Origin: a virus
Reading direction: 5' to 3' (one strand)
DNA: 64,000 nt
IMG/VR virus record: IMGVR_UViG_3300045988_139610
Shown: one piece after another, positions 1-9,526 of the stretch
Layout of the letters: each line of letters opens with the position of its first letter
How positions within the stretch are numbered: the stretch's first letter is position 1
Notes under the pieces: generated by a model
Told to the model about the DNA's origin: nothing
What the model saw: only the letters and a program-made list of their open reading frames with translations
Database searches by the model: none
Made by a program: the position numbers and the translations under genes

Positions 1-34
1 CCTCCAATAAAATATACAAAAGGAGGATAATTAA

Positions 35-1450
35 ATGAGCGATAAAATAAAAGTAAGAGAAGGTAATGATGGTTATTCTTACCCTTACACTTCACCAGAT
101 TTAGTTGTGGATAAAAATGGTAAAAGCAATACTTCAAAATTTAACGAGATTGATACGCAAATTAAAGATATTGTGAATAAAAAAATATATATAACTCCAG
201 AAGATTTTGGTGCAAAAGGCGATGGAATAACAGATGATACATCAGCATTACAAAATGCTATCAATGAAGCTCAGTCACAAAATATACCAATAAGAAGTAA
301 GCATAAAACTTATTTAATTTCAGCTTCTATTACTATAACAAATAAAATTGATTTAGATTTTTCTAATTCAATTTTAACCTCTAACACTAATATAAATAAC
401 ATTATAGATGTAGCATCAGGGCAAAATCATTATAGTCAAATAAAAAACCTAACAATAGACTGTAATAATATAGAAAATTTAAACGGATTTAATATTAGTC
501 ATGCCGAAAAATTAGAAATAAATCATTTGATAGTAAAAAATTGTACTAAATCATGTTATAAAATAGATAGTGGATATGAAGTTTTTATGTCTAATTCCCA
601 TTTAAATGGTGTTGGAGAAAGTTCTATAGGATTAAATATAAATACAAGTGATTGTAATTATACAGATATCATATTAATAGATTGCTTTACAGGTATATTT
701 TCTAACAATACAAATAATTATTATACTAGAATACATGGATGGATAAAGGAAAATACACTGTTAAATTCAACTTTTATAAACATAAACAATGGAAATATAT
801 TTATAAAAGATTGTTATTCGGATACTTATTATAAAACTATGTATGTAAATAACCCCGCAAATATAGTGATTAATGGTCTAAATGTATATTATTTTGATTC
901 AGACAAAGTTAATAATGAATACAAAATAAATAACCCATATGTTTTTTATTTTAATGAAACCACTTGTAATTCCTCTAATAGTGAATTTATAACATTAAAT
1001 AATTCGATTATAAAGGGGTCAGATAATTTTAATCTTAATTTATCCAATTTGGACGAATTAAGATGTAAAGGTTTTTATAACAATATATATACAAAATGTA
1101 AGAACATAAAATTTTATAAAAAAGGAAATTTATCTATAGATGATACTTCTAATATAAAAGTACTTGATGAAAAAATTATTAATATGGATAATAAAATTAC
1201 AATTAATATAGTATTACAAATTACATTAGATAATATAAATCATGACCAAAGTATTACATTAGGAGTTTTACCTAGTGGATTTAGACCAATTGAAAGTATA
1301 TATACCTATGCTATTTTAAGTAAGGATAGATATAAATTTACTGAAGCATATCCATTATATGTTTATATAAGTTCTTCTGGAAGTATACTTGTAAATATTC
1401 CTTCTAATATTATTGGTACAGGATACGCATTCTTAGATTTTTCTTTTTAG
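35..1450 (+). CDS. Tailspike-like receptor-binding protein with pectate-lyase-type beta-helix
   Basis: 471-aa ORF behind a GGAGG RBS. PEDFGAKGDGITDDTSALQNAINEA is the classic N-terminal motif of Pectate_lyase_3 / tailspike beta-helices. Confidence 0.6.
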   Translation: MSDKIKVREGNDGYSYPYTSPDLVVDKNGKSNTSKFNEIDTQIKDIVNKKIYITPEDFGAKGDGITDDTSALQNAINEAQSQNIPIRSKHKTYLISASITITNKIDLDFSNSILTSNTNINNIIDVASGQNHYSQIKNLTIDCNNIENLNGFNISHAEKLEINHLIVKNCTKSCYKIDSGYEVFMSNSHLNGVGESSIGLNINTSDCNYTDIILIDCFTGIFSNNTNNYYTRIHGWIKENTLLNSTFININNGNIFIKDCYSDTYYKTMYVNNPANIVINGLNVYYFDSDKVNNEYKINNPYVFYFNETTCNSSNSEFITLNNSIIKGSDNFNLNLSNLDELRCKGFYNNIYTKCKNIKFYKKGNLSIDDTSNIKVLDEKIINMDNKITINIVLQITLDNINHDQSITLGVLPSGFRPIESIYTYAILSKDRYKFTEAYPLYVYISSSGSILVNIPSNIIGTGYAFLDFSF

Positions 1451-1474
1451 TTCGCAATTTAAAAATATTGCGTA
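1448..1474 (+). repeat. 27-nt direct repeat, copy 1 (TAGTTCGCAATTTAAAAATATTGCGTA)
   Basis: Matches 5023-5049 at 26 of 27 positions. Contains the inverted repeat CGCAAT-N8-ATTGCG. Confidence 0.8.
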
Positions 1475-1497
1475 CTTAGTATCGAAATGAAACTATA

Positions 1498-1526
1498 AGA
1501 GTGGTGTTAATTTACCACTCTTTTTA
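1498..1526 (+). terminator. Rho-independent terminator
   Basis: AGAGTGGT-gttaattt-ACCACTCT followed by TTTTT. Confidence 0.65.
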
Positions 1527-1553
1527 TATAAAAATAATAAAGGAGATGATTAA

Positions 1554-2852
1554 ATGATTAATATAGATAAAGATTATTTAATTACCGTAGATTTAAAAAA
1601 TACAAAAGTTAAATCCGATAAAACTATATTTTTCTATAACACAGATTTAAATATTTGTAATATTTTTATAAAATTAATTTGTACTGATGAAGATAAAACC
1701 ATACCAGATGATTTAATCGTTGAATTTGCAGTATTAAAACCAGAAACAGATGAATTTAAACCTTTAGACGCAACGTTAATATCTAAAGAAGATTTGTTAT
1801 ATCAAGTTGATTTAACTACAGATTATTTTGATATAGTTGGTAAATATTCATGTGAAATAAGAGTTTCGGGAACAATAGAAAATGAATCAAAATGTTTTAC
1901 ATCTGAAGAATTTGATTATGTAGTTAAACCAAATATAACTGCTAAGTTAAATAAAAAAATAAAAAATGATAAAAATCTTCCTATATTAGAAAAATTAATA
2001 AAAGATGTGAAAGAAATAACTGACGGAATAAATAAAAATGAAATTCAAATGAAACGAGATGAAAATTTAGTTGGTGATAACAAAACTATAGTTGGTGCGA
2101 TAAATCAGTTAAGAGAAGATATTGATTCTGGAACTGGTGGAGGAACTGCGGAATTAAAAGATTATCAAAAGAAAAATGATGAATTTTTAAATACCGATGA
2201 AAAAACAATTACTGGTGGGATAAATGAAGTAAATAATAAAATAAAGAAAGTGCAAGAGAGTCAAATTGAACTTGATGCTAAAATATGGGATATACAAAAT
2301 CCTTTTGACATTTCATCTATTTCAGTAACTCCAAATATATCACAAATGGGTAGTACTGCTAGTCCTAAATTAACATGGAACTATACACATAGTACAATAA
2401 AAAGTCAAACTATTAATAACACATCCGTTGAGAATACATTAAGAACGAAAACATTTACAGGTGTTACTGCGACAACTACTTATACTTTAGCAGGAACATC
2501 TAATAGTGGTGTTCAAAAATCAAAGACTGCTACTATTACATTTGCTAATGGTGTTTACTACGGAAAATCTACTACAACAACTTATGACAGTGCTTTAATC
2601 AACTCATTAACAAAACAATTATCCAATTCTAAAAACAGAACCATAACAGTAAATGCAGGAACTGGAGAATATATATTCTATTGTGTTCCTAGTAGATTAG
2701 GTGCTTGTAATTTTAACGTTGGTGGTTTTGACGGAGGATTTAGCAAGGTGGCAACTGTAAACTTTACTAATAGTGATAACTATGCAGAAAAATATGATAT
2801 ATATAAATCAGATAATGCAAATTTAGGTAATACTAATGTAACTATAAAATAA
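1554..2852 (+). CDS. BppU-like baseplate / tail-fibre protein
   Basis: The N-terminus resembles the N-termini of ORFs 21194 and 26429 (BppU_N-type Ig fold pattern). Two copies of the fibre motif K-T-I-x-G-x-IN-x-hydrophobic (DNKTIVGAINQL, DEKTITGGINEV). Confidence 0.5.
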   Translation: MINIDKDYLITVDLKNTKVKSDKTIFFYNTDLNICNIFIKLICTDEDKTIPDDLIVEFAVLKPETDEFKPLDATLISKEDLLYQVDLTTDYFDIVGKYSCEIRVSGTIENESKCFTSEEFDYVVKPNITAKLNKKIKNDKNLPILEKLIKDVKEITDGINKNEIQMKRDENLVGDNKTIVGAINQLREDIDSGTGGGTAELKDYQKKNDEFLNTDEKTITGGINEVNNKIKKVQESQIELDAKIWDIQNPFDISSISVTPNISQMGSTASPKLTWNYTHSTIKSQTINNTSVENTLRTKTFTGVTATTTYTLAGTSNSGVQKSKTATITFANGVYYGKSTTTTYDSALINSLTKQLSNSKNRTITVNAGTGEYIFYCVPSRLGACNFNVGGFDGGFSKVATVNFTNSDNYAEKYDIYKSDNANLGNTNVTIK

Positions 2853-2866
2853 AGGAGGTATATAAA

Positions 2867-4129
2867 ATGGGTATTGAAATAATAGGAAAACTAACTCAAA
2901 AGAATAATGGTGACTTTAAATTAGTTGATTTAGAGAATGTTGACTACGATGGCACTGGCAAAAGCGCCAAACAAGAACTAGAGAAGAAAATAGAAGATGC
3001 TAAAAATAGTTCAACACCTTATGACGATTCTGTAATAAAAGCTGATATTCAAACATTAAAAGATAATAAAATAACTTTAGTTAAAGACGAGACATCTATG
3101 GAAGGTGTAAAAGACAATGAGTATGATACACTAACTACACAGGATAAAACATTGATAGGTAGTATAAATGAAATAAATGCACAATATAAAGATATTACGA
3201 ACAACCAACCAACTGATTTGTCATTAGATAGTGCTACTAATTTACTTCAACTTGTAAATTCAAAGGGTAGTAAATTAGGCAACGGAATAACACTTCCTAT
3301 ATCAAGTGGTGGGGGTACAAGTCAGTATTTACATATAAAATATTCAAGTACAGGAGCGCCACAGTTAGCAGGACAAATATCAGATATACCAAACGCATAT
3401 ATAGGCTTATGTGTAGATACAAATGCAGATTCTCCAACAAATCCAAAAAATTACACTTGGTATAATTGGAAAGGAGACAATGGAGATACTGGTGCAACTC
3501 CAAATTTACAAATAGGAACAGTAACTACACTTGAGAGTGGAAGTAATGCAACTGCATCAATTACTGGAACAACTGAAAATCCAGTATTGAATTTAGGTAT
3601 TCCAAAAGGAGACAAGGGAGATACTGAGACATGGGAAAAAGTTATTGAAACAACTTTTGGAGAAGAATGTTATGCTTTTACTGTAACAAAAGATAAAGAT
3701 GAAAATTCATTAAACTTAAAAGAAGGTTTTGTTTTTGTAACAGTTAGTCAACCTAAAAATACATCATCAAATCAAACTTTTGCAATAGGATTCCAAGATT
3801 GGGTATCAAGTTTCAACTCAAAGGCAAGCATACATAATATAAATTTGTTTAAAAATTATGAATTTTATAGATATGGATTTTATTTTAGAGTAATTAATAA
3901 TTATTTATTTTGTCAATCAATTGCTAAATGCAGGGTAGGAGTAGGTACTCCAAAATTTAATAATTTTTCTGCATCTACTCCAAATACAGCTGATTATTGT
4001 TCAATTGCAACTTTTAGAATTTTACAAAATAATTTAACATATGTTGATAAAATTACCGTAGGATTAGATATATCAACAACGGGTTTATTTTCAGCAGATT
4101 CTATTATGGAGGTGTGGGCTAAATGTTAG
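2867..4129 (+). CDS. Tail fibre protein with short collagen-like G-x-x runs
   Basis: Motif QDKTLIGSINEINAQ; GDNGDTGATP and GIPKGDKGDT triplet repeats; sits in the fibre cassette. Confidence 0.5.
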   Translation: MGIEIIGKLTQKNNGDFKLVDLENVDYDGTGKSAKQELEKKIEDAKNSSTPYDDSVIKADIQTLKDNKITLVKDETSMEGVKDNEYDTLTTQDKTLIGSINEINAQYKDITNNQPTDLSLDSATNLLQLVNSKGSKLGNGITLPISSGGGTSQYLHIKYSSTGAPQLAGQISDIPNAYIGLCVDTNADSPTNPKNYTWYNWKGDNGDTGATPNLQIGTVTTLESGSNATASITGTTENPVLNLGIPKGDKGDTETWEKVIETTFGEECYAFTVTKDKDENSLNLKEGFVFVTVSQPKNTSSNQTFAIGFQDWVSSFNSKASIHNINLFKNYEFYRYGFYFRVINNYLFCQSIAKCRVGVGTPKFNNFSASTPNTADYCSIATFRILQNNLTYVDKITVGLDISTTGLFSADSIMEVWAKC

Positions 4130-4275
4130 TTAAAAGAGTTATAGATGGAAAAGTTATAGAAACAGAATTGACACAAGAAGAAATTGACGCTCAAAAAAAA
4201 CAAAATAAACCAGAAGAAATAACAATAGAAGAAAGAGTTAGTGCAATCGAAGAAGTTATTTTAAATTTATTGTAA
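4123..4275 (+). CDS. Small fibre-associated protein (occupies the XkdW-like position)
   Basis: 50-codon ORF missing from the track. Its ATG overlaps the fibre gene stop. Translation MLVKRVIDGKVIETELTQEEIDAQKKQNKPEEITIEERVSAIEEVILNLL. Lies directly upstream of the XkdX gene. Confidence 0.4.
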   Translation: MLVKRVIDGKVIETELTQEEIDAQKKQNKPEEITIEERVSAIEEVILNLL

Positions 4276-4287
4276 GGAGGTAAAATT

Positions 4288-4416
4288 ATGTACAACTTTT
4301 TATTAAATATGTGGATTATGAAAAAAGTAAATGAAGAATATTTACAAAAGAGAGTTTCAAAAGGACAAATAACTCAAGATGAATATGAAATGATAATTGC
4401 TACACCTCAAATATAA
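4288..4416 (+). CDS. xkdX: XkdX-family small phage protein
   Basis: 42-codon ORF behind AAGGAGG. MYNFLLNMWIMKKVNEEYLQKRVSKGQITQDEYEMIIATPQI fits the XkdX pattern (W...V..G.IT.EEY..I). Confidence 0.55.
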   Translation: MYNFLLNMWIMKKVNEEYLQKRVSKGQITQDEYEMIIATPQI

Positions 4417-4467
4417 ATATAGAAAAATACACCCCCTTTTATTATAATGATAAAAGGGGGTGTATAT

Positions 4468-4992
4468 ATGGGAAATAGTGAAATTAGCTTATTAAGTAAG
4501 TATCGAACTCAATTAATGGGTTTAGCTATGCTATTAATATTCCATACAGGTATTAATGTTAAAAGTGTAAATGTTATAAGGAGTATAAAAGATATTGGAG
4601 ATATGGGTGTAGATATATTTTTATTGTTATCAGGTATAGGTCTATATTTTTGCTATTATTAGTTTAATAATTAGTTTACTAATTGTAAATCCAAATATTA
4701 TGTTTATATTCCACTATCTTTAAGTATCTGTTTATTAGCAACAAAGTTACTAGATAAATTTAGCGATGGTAAATTTAAAATATTAACATTTTTAGGTATA
4801 TATAGTTTAGAAATATACTTATTTCATGAAAAAATATTATGGATTTTATCATTTTCAGAAAGAATAAAAGTTATAGATAAATACCATATAGTATTAAATA
4901 TTATTGCATATTTAGTAGCTATGGTAGTAGCATATTTATGGAGTAATATTGTATCAAAAACTATATCAAGAAAACAAACTATTACAGGCTAG
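4468..4992 (+). pseudogene. Decayed acyltransferase-3 (OatA-like) gene
   Basis: The N-terminal piece (YRTQLMGLAMLLI...GVDIFLLLSG) stops at 4662. A C-terminal piece in another frame (LTFLGIYSLEIYLFHEKI...) runs to 4992. Together about 170 aa, versus the ~350 aa typical of the family. Confidence 0.5.
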
Positions 4993-5022
4993 ATTGATTT
5001 CTAGTCTTTTTTAATACGCATT

Positions 5023-5049
5023 TAGTTCGCAATTTAAAAAGATTGCGTA
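5023..5049 (+). repeat. 27-nt direct repeat, copy 2 (TAGTTCGCAATTTAAAAAGATTGCGTA)
   Basis: Matches 1448-1474 at 26 of 27 positions. Confidence 0.8.
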
Positions 5050-5133
5050 TATAAATTTAAAATAAACACATAATATAAACGTACACAAAACCAGCTGTGT
5101 ATTAACTCTAATTACTATTTGTATAATGTGTGG

Positions 5134-5170
5134 AAATAGGAGAGGATTAATTCTTCTCCTATTTTGTTTT
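5134..5170 (+). terminator. Rho-independent terminator
   Basis: AAATAGGAGA-ggattaatt-TCTCCTATTT followed by TGTTTTT. Confidence 0.6.
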
Positions 5171-5234
5171 TATAAAAAGATAAATGAAGAGAGGAAAAAT
5201 ATTAAAATAATTAATAAAGAAGGGAGATTAAGAA

Positions 5235-5699
5235 ATGAAATTAAGTGATTTAACATTAGATATGATTAGAAGTTCATATGATGTGGAAGTAAATAACGAA
5301 ATAGAAACTGTTTTAGTTTATAATATATTTGGTGAGAATAGAAATGAATTAAAAGAAAAAATATCTAAAGGACTAGAACAAGGATTAGAAGAAAAAGCAT
5401 TAATGGAACTTATATATAAAAAGGCGTTTGAATTAGCTACGGATTTAGAATTAGACGAAGATTTAATAGAATCAATAAATAAAGGTAAAAAAGAATTAAT
5501 GTTTATTGCACAAGATGTAGATGAAATAGTAAGTGAAATTGTTATAGAAGTTATGTTAGAAAAACAAAATCTATTAGCAAATATGACTTCATTAACTTTA
5601 AGCAAAAGAATATTATTAGAGGCTGAAAAATTAGAAATATTAAATAAACAATGTGAAAAATTGGAAGAGGAAATACAAGAAATGAAAAAAGGTGATTAA
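5235..5699 (+). CDS. Candidate tail assembly chaperone
   Basis: Acidic 154-aa ORF with RBS GAAGGGAG, immediately upstream of the tape-measure gene. Call is by position only. Confidence 0.35.
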   Translation: MKLSDLTLDMIRSSYDVEVNNEIETVLVYNIFGENRNELKEKISKGLEQGLEEKALMELIYKKAFELATDLELDEDLIESINKGKKELMFIAQDVDEIVSEIVIEVMLEKQNLLANMTSLTLSKRILLEAEKLEILNKQCEKLEEEIQEMKKGD

Positions 5700-6135
5700 T
5701 TTGGTTGTAAATGATATTGAAAGTGCAGTCAATTATATTAAATCCGTTGTTTCTACTGCCATGACACCTATGGCAAATAAAATGGTAGAGATAATGCAAC
5801 GAGAAGTAAATGAACAAATATATGCTGACCATGAACCATCTGTATATGAACGTACAGGGCAAATGGGAGAAATAGCACAAATATCAAGTATTGATATGAA
5901 TTGTGCTGTAGTAGAATTCCAAGATAATGGGGATTGGACAAGTGTATCAACGGGAGAACATTTCTTTCCTATTATAGGTTGGGAAGCAGGTAAAGTTTGG
6001 AGTTTTAAAAGTGATAATGTAGTTGCTTATTATCCTCCAACAACTATTATACCAGATTCGCAAGTTAAAATAGCTCAACAAATACCAACTGAATTGAAAC
6101 GATATTTAATAGAGCAAGGTTTAGATGTTATATAG
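5692..6135 (+). CDS. Hypothetical protein upstream of the TMP (second chaperone-position gene)
   Basis: ORF overlaps the end of 5235-5699 in the +1 frame. It may start at TTG 5701, behind AAGGTGAT. Confidence 0.35.
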   Translation: MINLVVNDIESAVNYIKSVVSTAMTPMANKMVEIMQREVNEQIYADHEPSVYERTGQMGEIAQISSIDMNCAVVEFQDNGDWTSVSTGEHFFPIIGWEAGKVWSFKSDNVVAYYPPTTIIPDSQVKIAQQIPTELKRYLIEQGLDVI

Positions 6136-6156
6136 AAAGGCAGGTGAGATTAATAT

Positions 6157-8358
6157 ATGGCAGATTTAACTATTAGATTAAAAACTTCTGTAGACGGAAG
6201 TGGAGCAGAACAAGAAGTTACAAAACTGAAAGAGAAATTAGAAAAAAAAGAAGTTAATCTAAAATTTGATACGACAAAAATGAAATCTCAAATGGAGGAA
6301 CTTCAAAAAGTATTAAATAATGCTTTTAAACTTAAAGACGACCAATTAAACAATCTTAAACAGATACAGAATACTTTGAAAGAAATAAATTCTTTAAGTA
6401 AAGACGTACAAAAAAATTTATTTGGCAGTGGTTCTACTAAAACTTCTACTGGTAATAAAGAATTAGATAATACTATAGCTAAATATAAAGTTTTACAAAA
6501 ACAATCAGAATCACTCCAAAAACAAATGTCTAAAACTATAAATACTCAAGCTTATAACGAATTAGAAACTAAATTATCAAAAATTAACAGTGAGATGCAA
6601 TCTACTGCACAAAAAATGGACAACTTAAAAAATAAATCTAATATAGATATAAGTAGAGATTTAATAAGTTCATTTGATAAAATTCAACAAAAGGCTAATA
6701 ACACCTCTGAACAAATTAATAATATGTTCAAAAATAAAAACTTAACAAGCTCACAGGTGGGACAACTCCAAGAACTTCAAAATAAAATCAATGATATTAA
6801 AGTTGCTGATTTAAGTAAAATATTAAAATCCGATGAAGCATATGAGAAGATACATAATTTAAATGCAGAGATTAGCAATGTTTCAGTATCGTTAAAAGGA
6901 TTAAACGGCTCAATTACATTCACTGATAAGGTAAATACATCTGTCGCTAAGTTAGAATCTCTTAAAGCTAAACTTGCTGAATTAGGAACGAGTAAATTTG
7001 CTAATACATCTGGAATACAAGAGCTAATAACTCAAATAGAACAATATCAATCAAAACTGCGAAATATAGACCCTAATACAGAAGGTGCTAAAGCTGAATT
7101 TGATGGTTTAAAAAATAAAATATCGGAATGTGAAAATAAATATAAACAATTTGAGAGTGAAATTTCTACTAAAAGAGCTAATGTAAAATTTGATGCAGAT
7201 TTTAATAAAGTATCTCAAGATTTAGCAAACTTAACAAGAAGATGTCAAGAATTAGGAGCTTCATCATCTAAGGTAGAAGAATTTAAACAAAGACTACAAA
7301 CTATAGCTAGTATAAGTAATTTAAAAGATAGGGATGCAGAGTTAAAAGCGTTAACTAAAGATGTGAGTACTTTTTCTAGTAGTCTATCTAATATTAACGG
7401 AAATGGTATAAATGGTGTCGCTAATGGAGCTAGAAGTGCAACTCAAGCAATGAATATATTAGGAAATGCAACCAAGAAAACGTCTGGATTTTTCAGTAAT
7501 TTAGCCTCTATGTTATCAATGTATTCAATACCAAATATGATTGGTAGACTTATCACTCAAGGTATATCTTCAATTCCTAGTACTATTATTGATACAGATA
7601 CGGCTATTAAAAAATTATTAAAAGTTGCACCAGACACCTTTACAGGAACAGCCAAGCAATTAGATTGGTTAACTCAAAAAGCAAGTGAGGCAGGTCAAGA
7701 GGTTGCCAGAAGTAGTATTGATATAATTGATTCCACTGCCGAGGCATTACAATCTGGTTTCCATAATGTCAGCAAAGCTTTACAATATGCTAAAAATGCA
7801 TCTATGTTTGCCAACGTTATAGATACAAGCCAAGCAGATGCAGATAAATACTTGAAATCAACATTAGCATCTTATGGTGGTGTTGCAAACTCATTAGATA
7901 AAGTTACAATGAAAGTCAAAGGTAACACCAAAGAAACTACCAAAATGATGCAAATGATGGATATGGTCAACTATGCAAACAACAACTATGCTGTTACAGG
8001 TAAAGACGTATCTGAAGCAATGATGCGTTCATCTTCTGTTGCGAAAACATTAGGTGTTAGTATGCAAGAGTTGGTTGCTATTATAATTGCAGGGCAAGAA
8101 CCATTACAAAATGCAAGTAAATTAGGTAATGGTTTAAAAACAATCATGCAAAACATGGCAGGTTGGAAAACAAGTGCCAAAGACGGTAGCATTTCAATGA
8201 ATAAAACAGCAATGGCTATAGAAAAAATAACTGGAATTGATATGCACGATTCAAATGGTCAAGTTAGAGATTTCTATGACATCATGGGCGATATAGCAGG
8301 AATGTGGGATAAATTAGATAAAAAAAGTAAATCTTCTGTAGCTGAAGCGATTGCAGGT
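6157..8358 (+). CDS. Tape measure protein, exon 1
   Basis: Coiled-coil N-terminus followed by a TP901-type TMP core (..LTQKASEAGQEVA..NNYAVTGKDVSEAMMRSSSVAKTLGVSMQELVAIIIAG..). The frame stops 2 codons after AEAIAG. Confidence 0.75.
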
Positions 8359-9526
8359 ATATAAATTAATAGTTTAAAAGGTTTAAAAATAATTAATAAA
8401 GGAAAGAATAAAAAAAGGGGGGTGAATATTATGATGGAGGAAACTTTAGAAAAATATAATTTGGGTTTAAAAATGTATTTAGAAGGAGTATCTACAGCTA
8501 GAATCAGTAAAGAATTAAAAATTTCAAGAAGTAGATTTTCTTCTTATTTAAAAAACCAAGGTATAAAAGTTAATATTATGCCACATAAAAAGAAGATAAA
8601 CGATGATATATTTGAGAAAATAGACTCTGAAGAAAAAGCTTATTGGTTAGGATTTTTATATGCCGATGGAAGTATTTCAAGTGGTAAAAGAAATGATATA
8701 GAACTTTCTTTACAATTATCAGATAAAGAGCATCTTCAAAAATTCAAAGATTTTATAGGGTTTGAGGGAAAATTAATTGTAGATGATTTTAGATGTAGAG
8801 CATCTTTTAAAAATAAAAAAATGAAGCAAGATTTAATTAAATTAGGATGTACTCCTAGAAAATCATTGACATTAACTTTTCCAACAGAAGAACAAGTTCC
8901 TAAAGAATTAACACCTCATTTTATAAGAGGGTATTTAGATGGAGATGGTTGTATTGTTTGTACTAAAAAACATCAAAGTATAGAAATATTAGGAACTAAA
9001 AATATCCTAGAAGGTATATGTTTGAATACAAATATCCCATTGGGGAGAATTTACAAAACGAATTGTAAATCTAATGATATCTTTAGATTAGTAACTAATA
9101 AAAAAGAAGATGTATTAACTTTTTGTGATTATATTTATAAAAATTCAAATATATATTTGGAAAGAAAATTTAAAAAATATAAACTATTAATTAAATATTA
9201 TGCCACTCATGGTAGAAATATCATGTAGATTAGAGGGGTGTATCGGTCAACTAAATCAAAAGATTAAGGTGGTAAGAGAGCCTAAGTCCTTAACGGATAT
9301 GGTAATACCGAGGGTGTCTTAACAGAGAACATCCGTAACGCATAGTAGGTGAACGATATTGTTAGTAATAATCCTACCACGAGCCTCCTCCACAACATTA
9401 TACAGTAATGTTTGAGATGGATTTGCAACCATCAATACCTAACGTTAAACGAGGGTGAAAATGTATGCTAGGCTTATAGGAAACTATAAGAGGTAGAGGA
9501 TAAAAAGCCTTTACGATAATAAACCG
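8359..9526 (+). mobile_element. Group I intron 1 carrying a LAGLIDADG homing endonuclease gene (boundaries approximate)
   Basis: Interrupts the TMP core. Contains the HEG plus a ~300-nt GC-richer, hairpin-dense 3' segment (9229-9526). U8358 and G9526 fit the splice-site rules and keep the reading frame. Confidence 0.6.
8431..9228 (+). CDS. LAGLIDADG homing endonuclease (double motif)
   Basis: Motifs YWLGFLYADGSIS and FIRGYLDGDGCIV. N-terminal HTH-like GVSTARISKELKISRS. RBS GGGGGGTGA precedes ATG 8431. Confidence 0.85.
   Translation: MMEETLEKYNLGLKMYLEGVSTARISKELKISRSRFSSYLKNQGIKVNIMPHKKKINDDIFEKIDSEEKAYWLGFLYADGSISSGKRNDIELSLQLSDKEHLQKFKDFIGFEGKLIVDDFRCRASFKNKKMKQDLIKLGCTPRKSLTLTFPTEEQVPKELTPHFIRGYLDGDGCIVCTKKHQSIEILGTKNILEGICLNTNIPLGRIYKTNCKSNDIFRLVTNKKEDVLTFCDYIYKNSNIYLERKFKKYKLLIKYYATHGRNIM

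Noticed and set aside
3297-3503. Antisense ORFs from the six-frame track lying inside long genes. Examples: 3297-3503, 5318-5605, 5551-5880, 5768-5950, 7986-8192, 10105-10353, 11308-11493, 14257-14439, 18849-19049, 22108-22320, 24294-24479, 25291-25491, 27979-28287, 38431-38763, 41971-42192, 42901-43170, 44972-45265, 47855-48097, 50052-50243, 50585-50809, 52185-52370, 53114-53425, 54535-54753, 57269-57460, 58385-58810, 59481-59834, 59919-60155 and 63314-63538.
   Set aside because: Each is fully embedded, on the opposite strand, in a longer ORF with recognisable motifs or an RBS. They have no RBS of their own, and their Leu/Ile/Phe/Ser-rich composition is typical of the reverse complement of AT-rich coding DNA.
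5099-5127. A possible promoter with a perfect TATAAT at 5122-5127.
   Set aside because: The -35 position reads GTATTA (poor), and a strong terminator begins only 7 nt downstream (5134), so a productive transcript is unlikely.
5683-5695. A classical -1 programmed frameshift on the A_AAA_AAG heptamer producing a G/GT-like chaperone fusion.
   Set aside because: The -1 frame reads AGG TGA immediately, so no fusion can form. The downstream ORF is in the +1/-2 frame.
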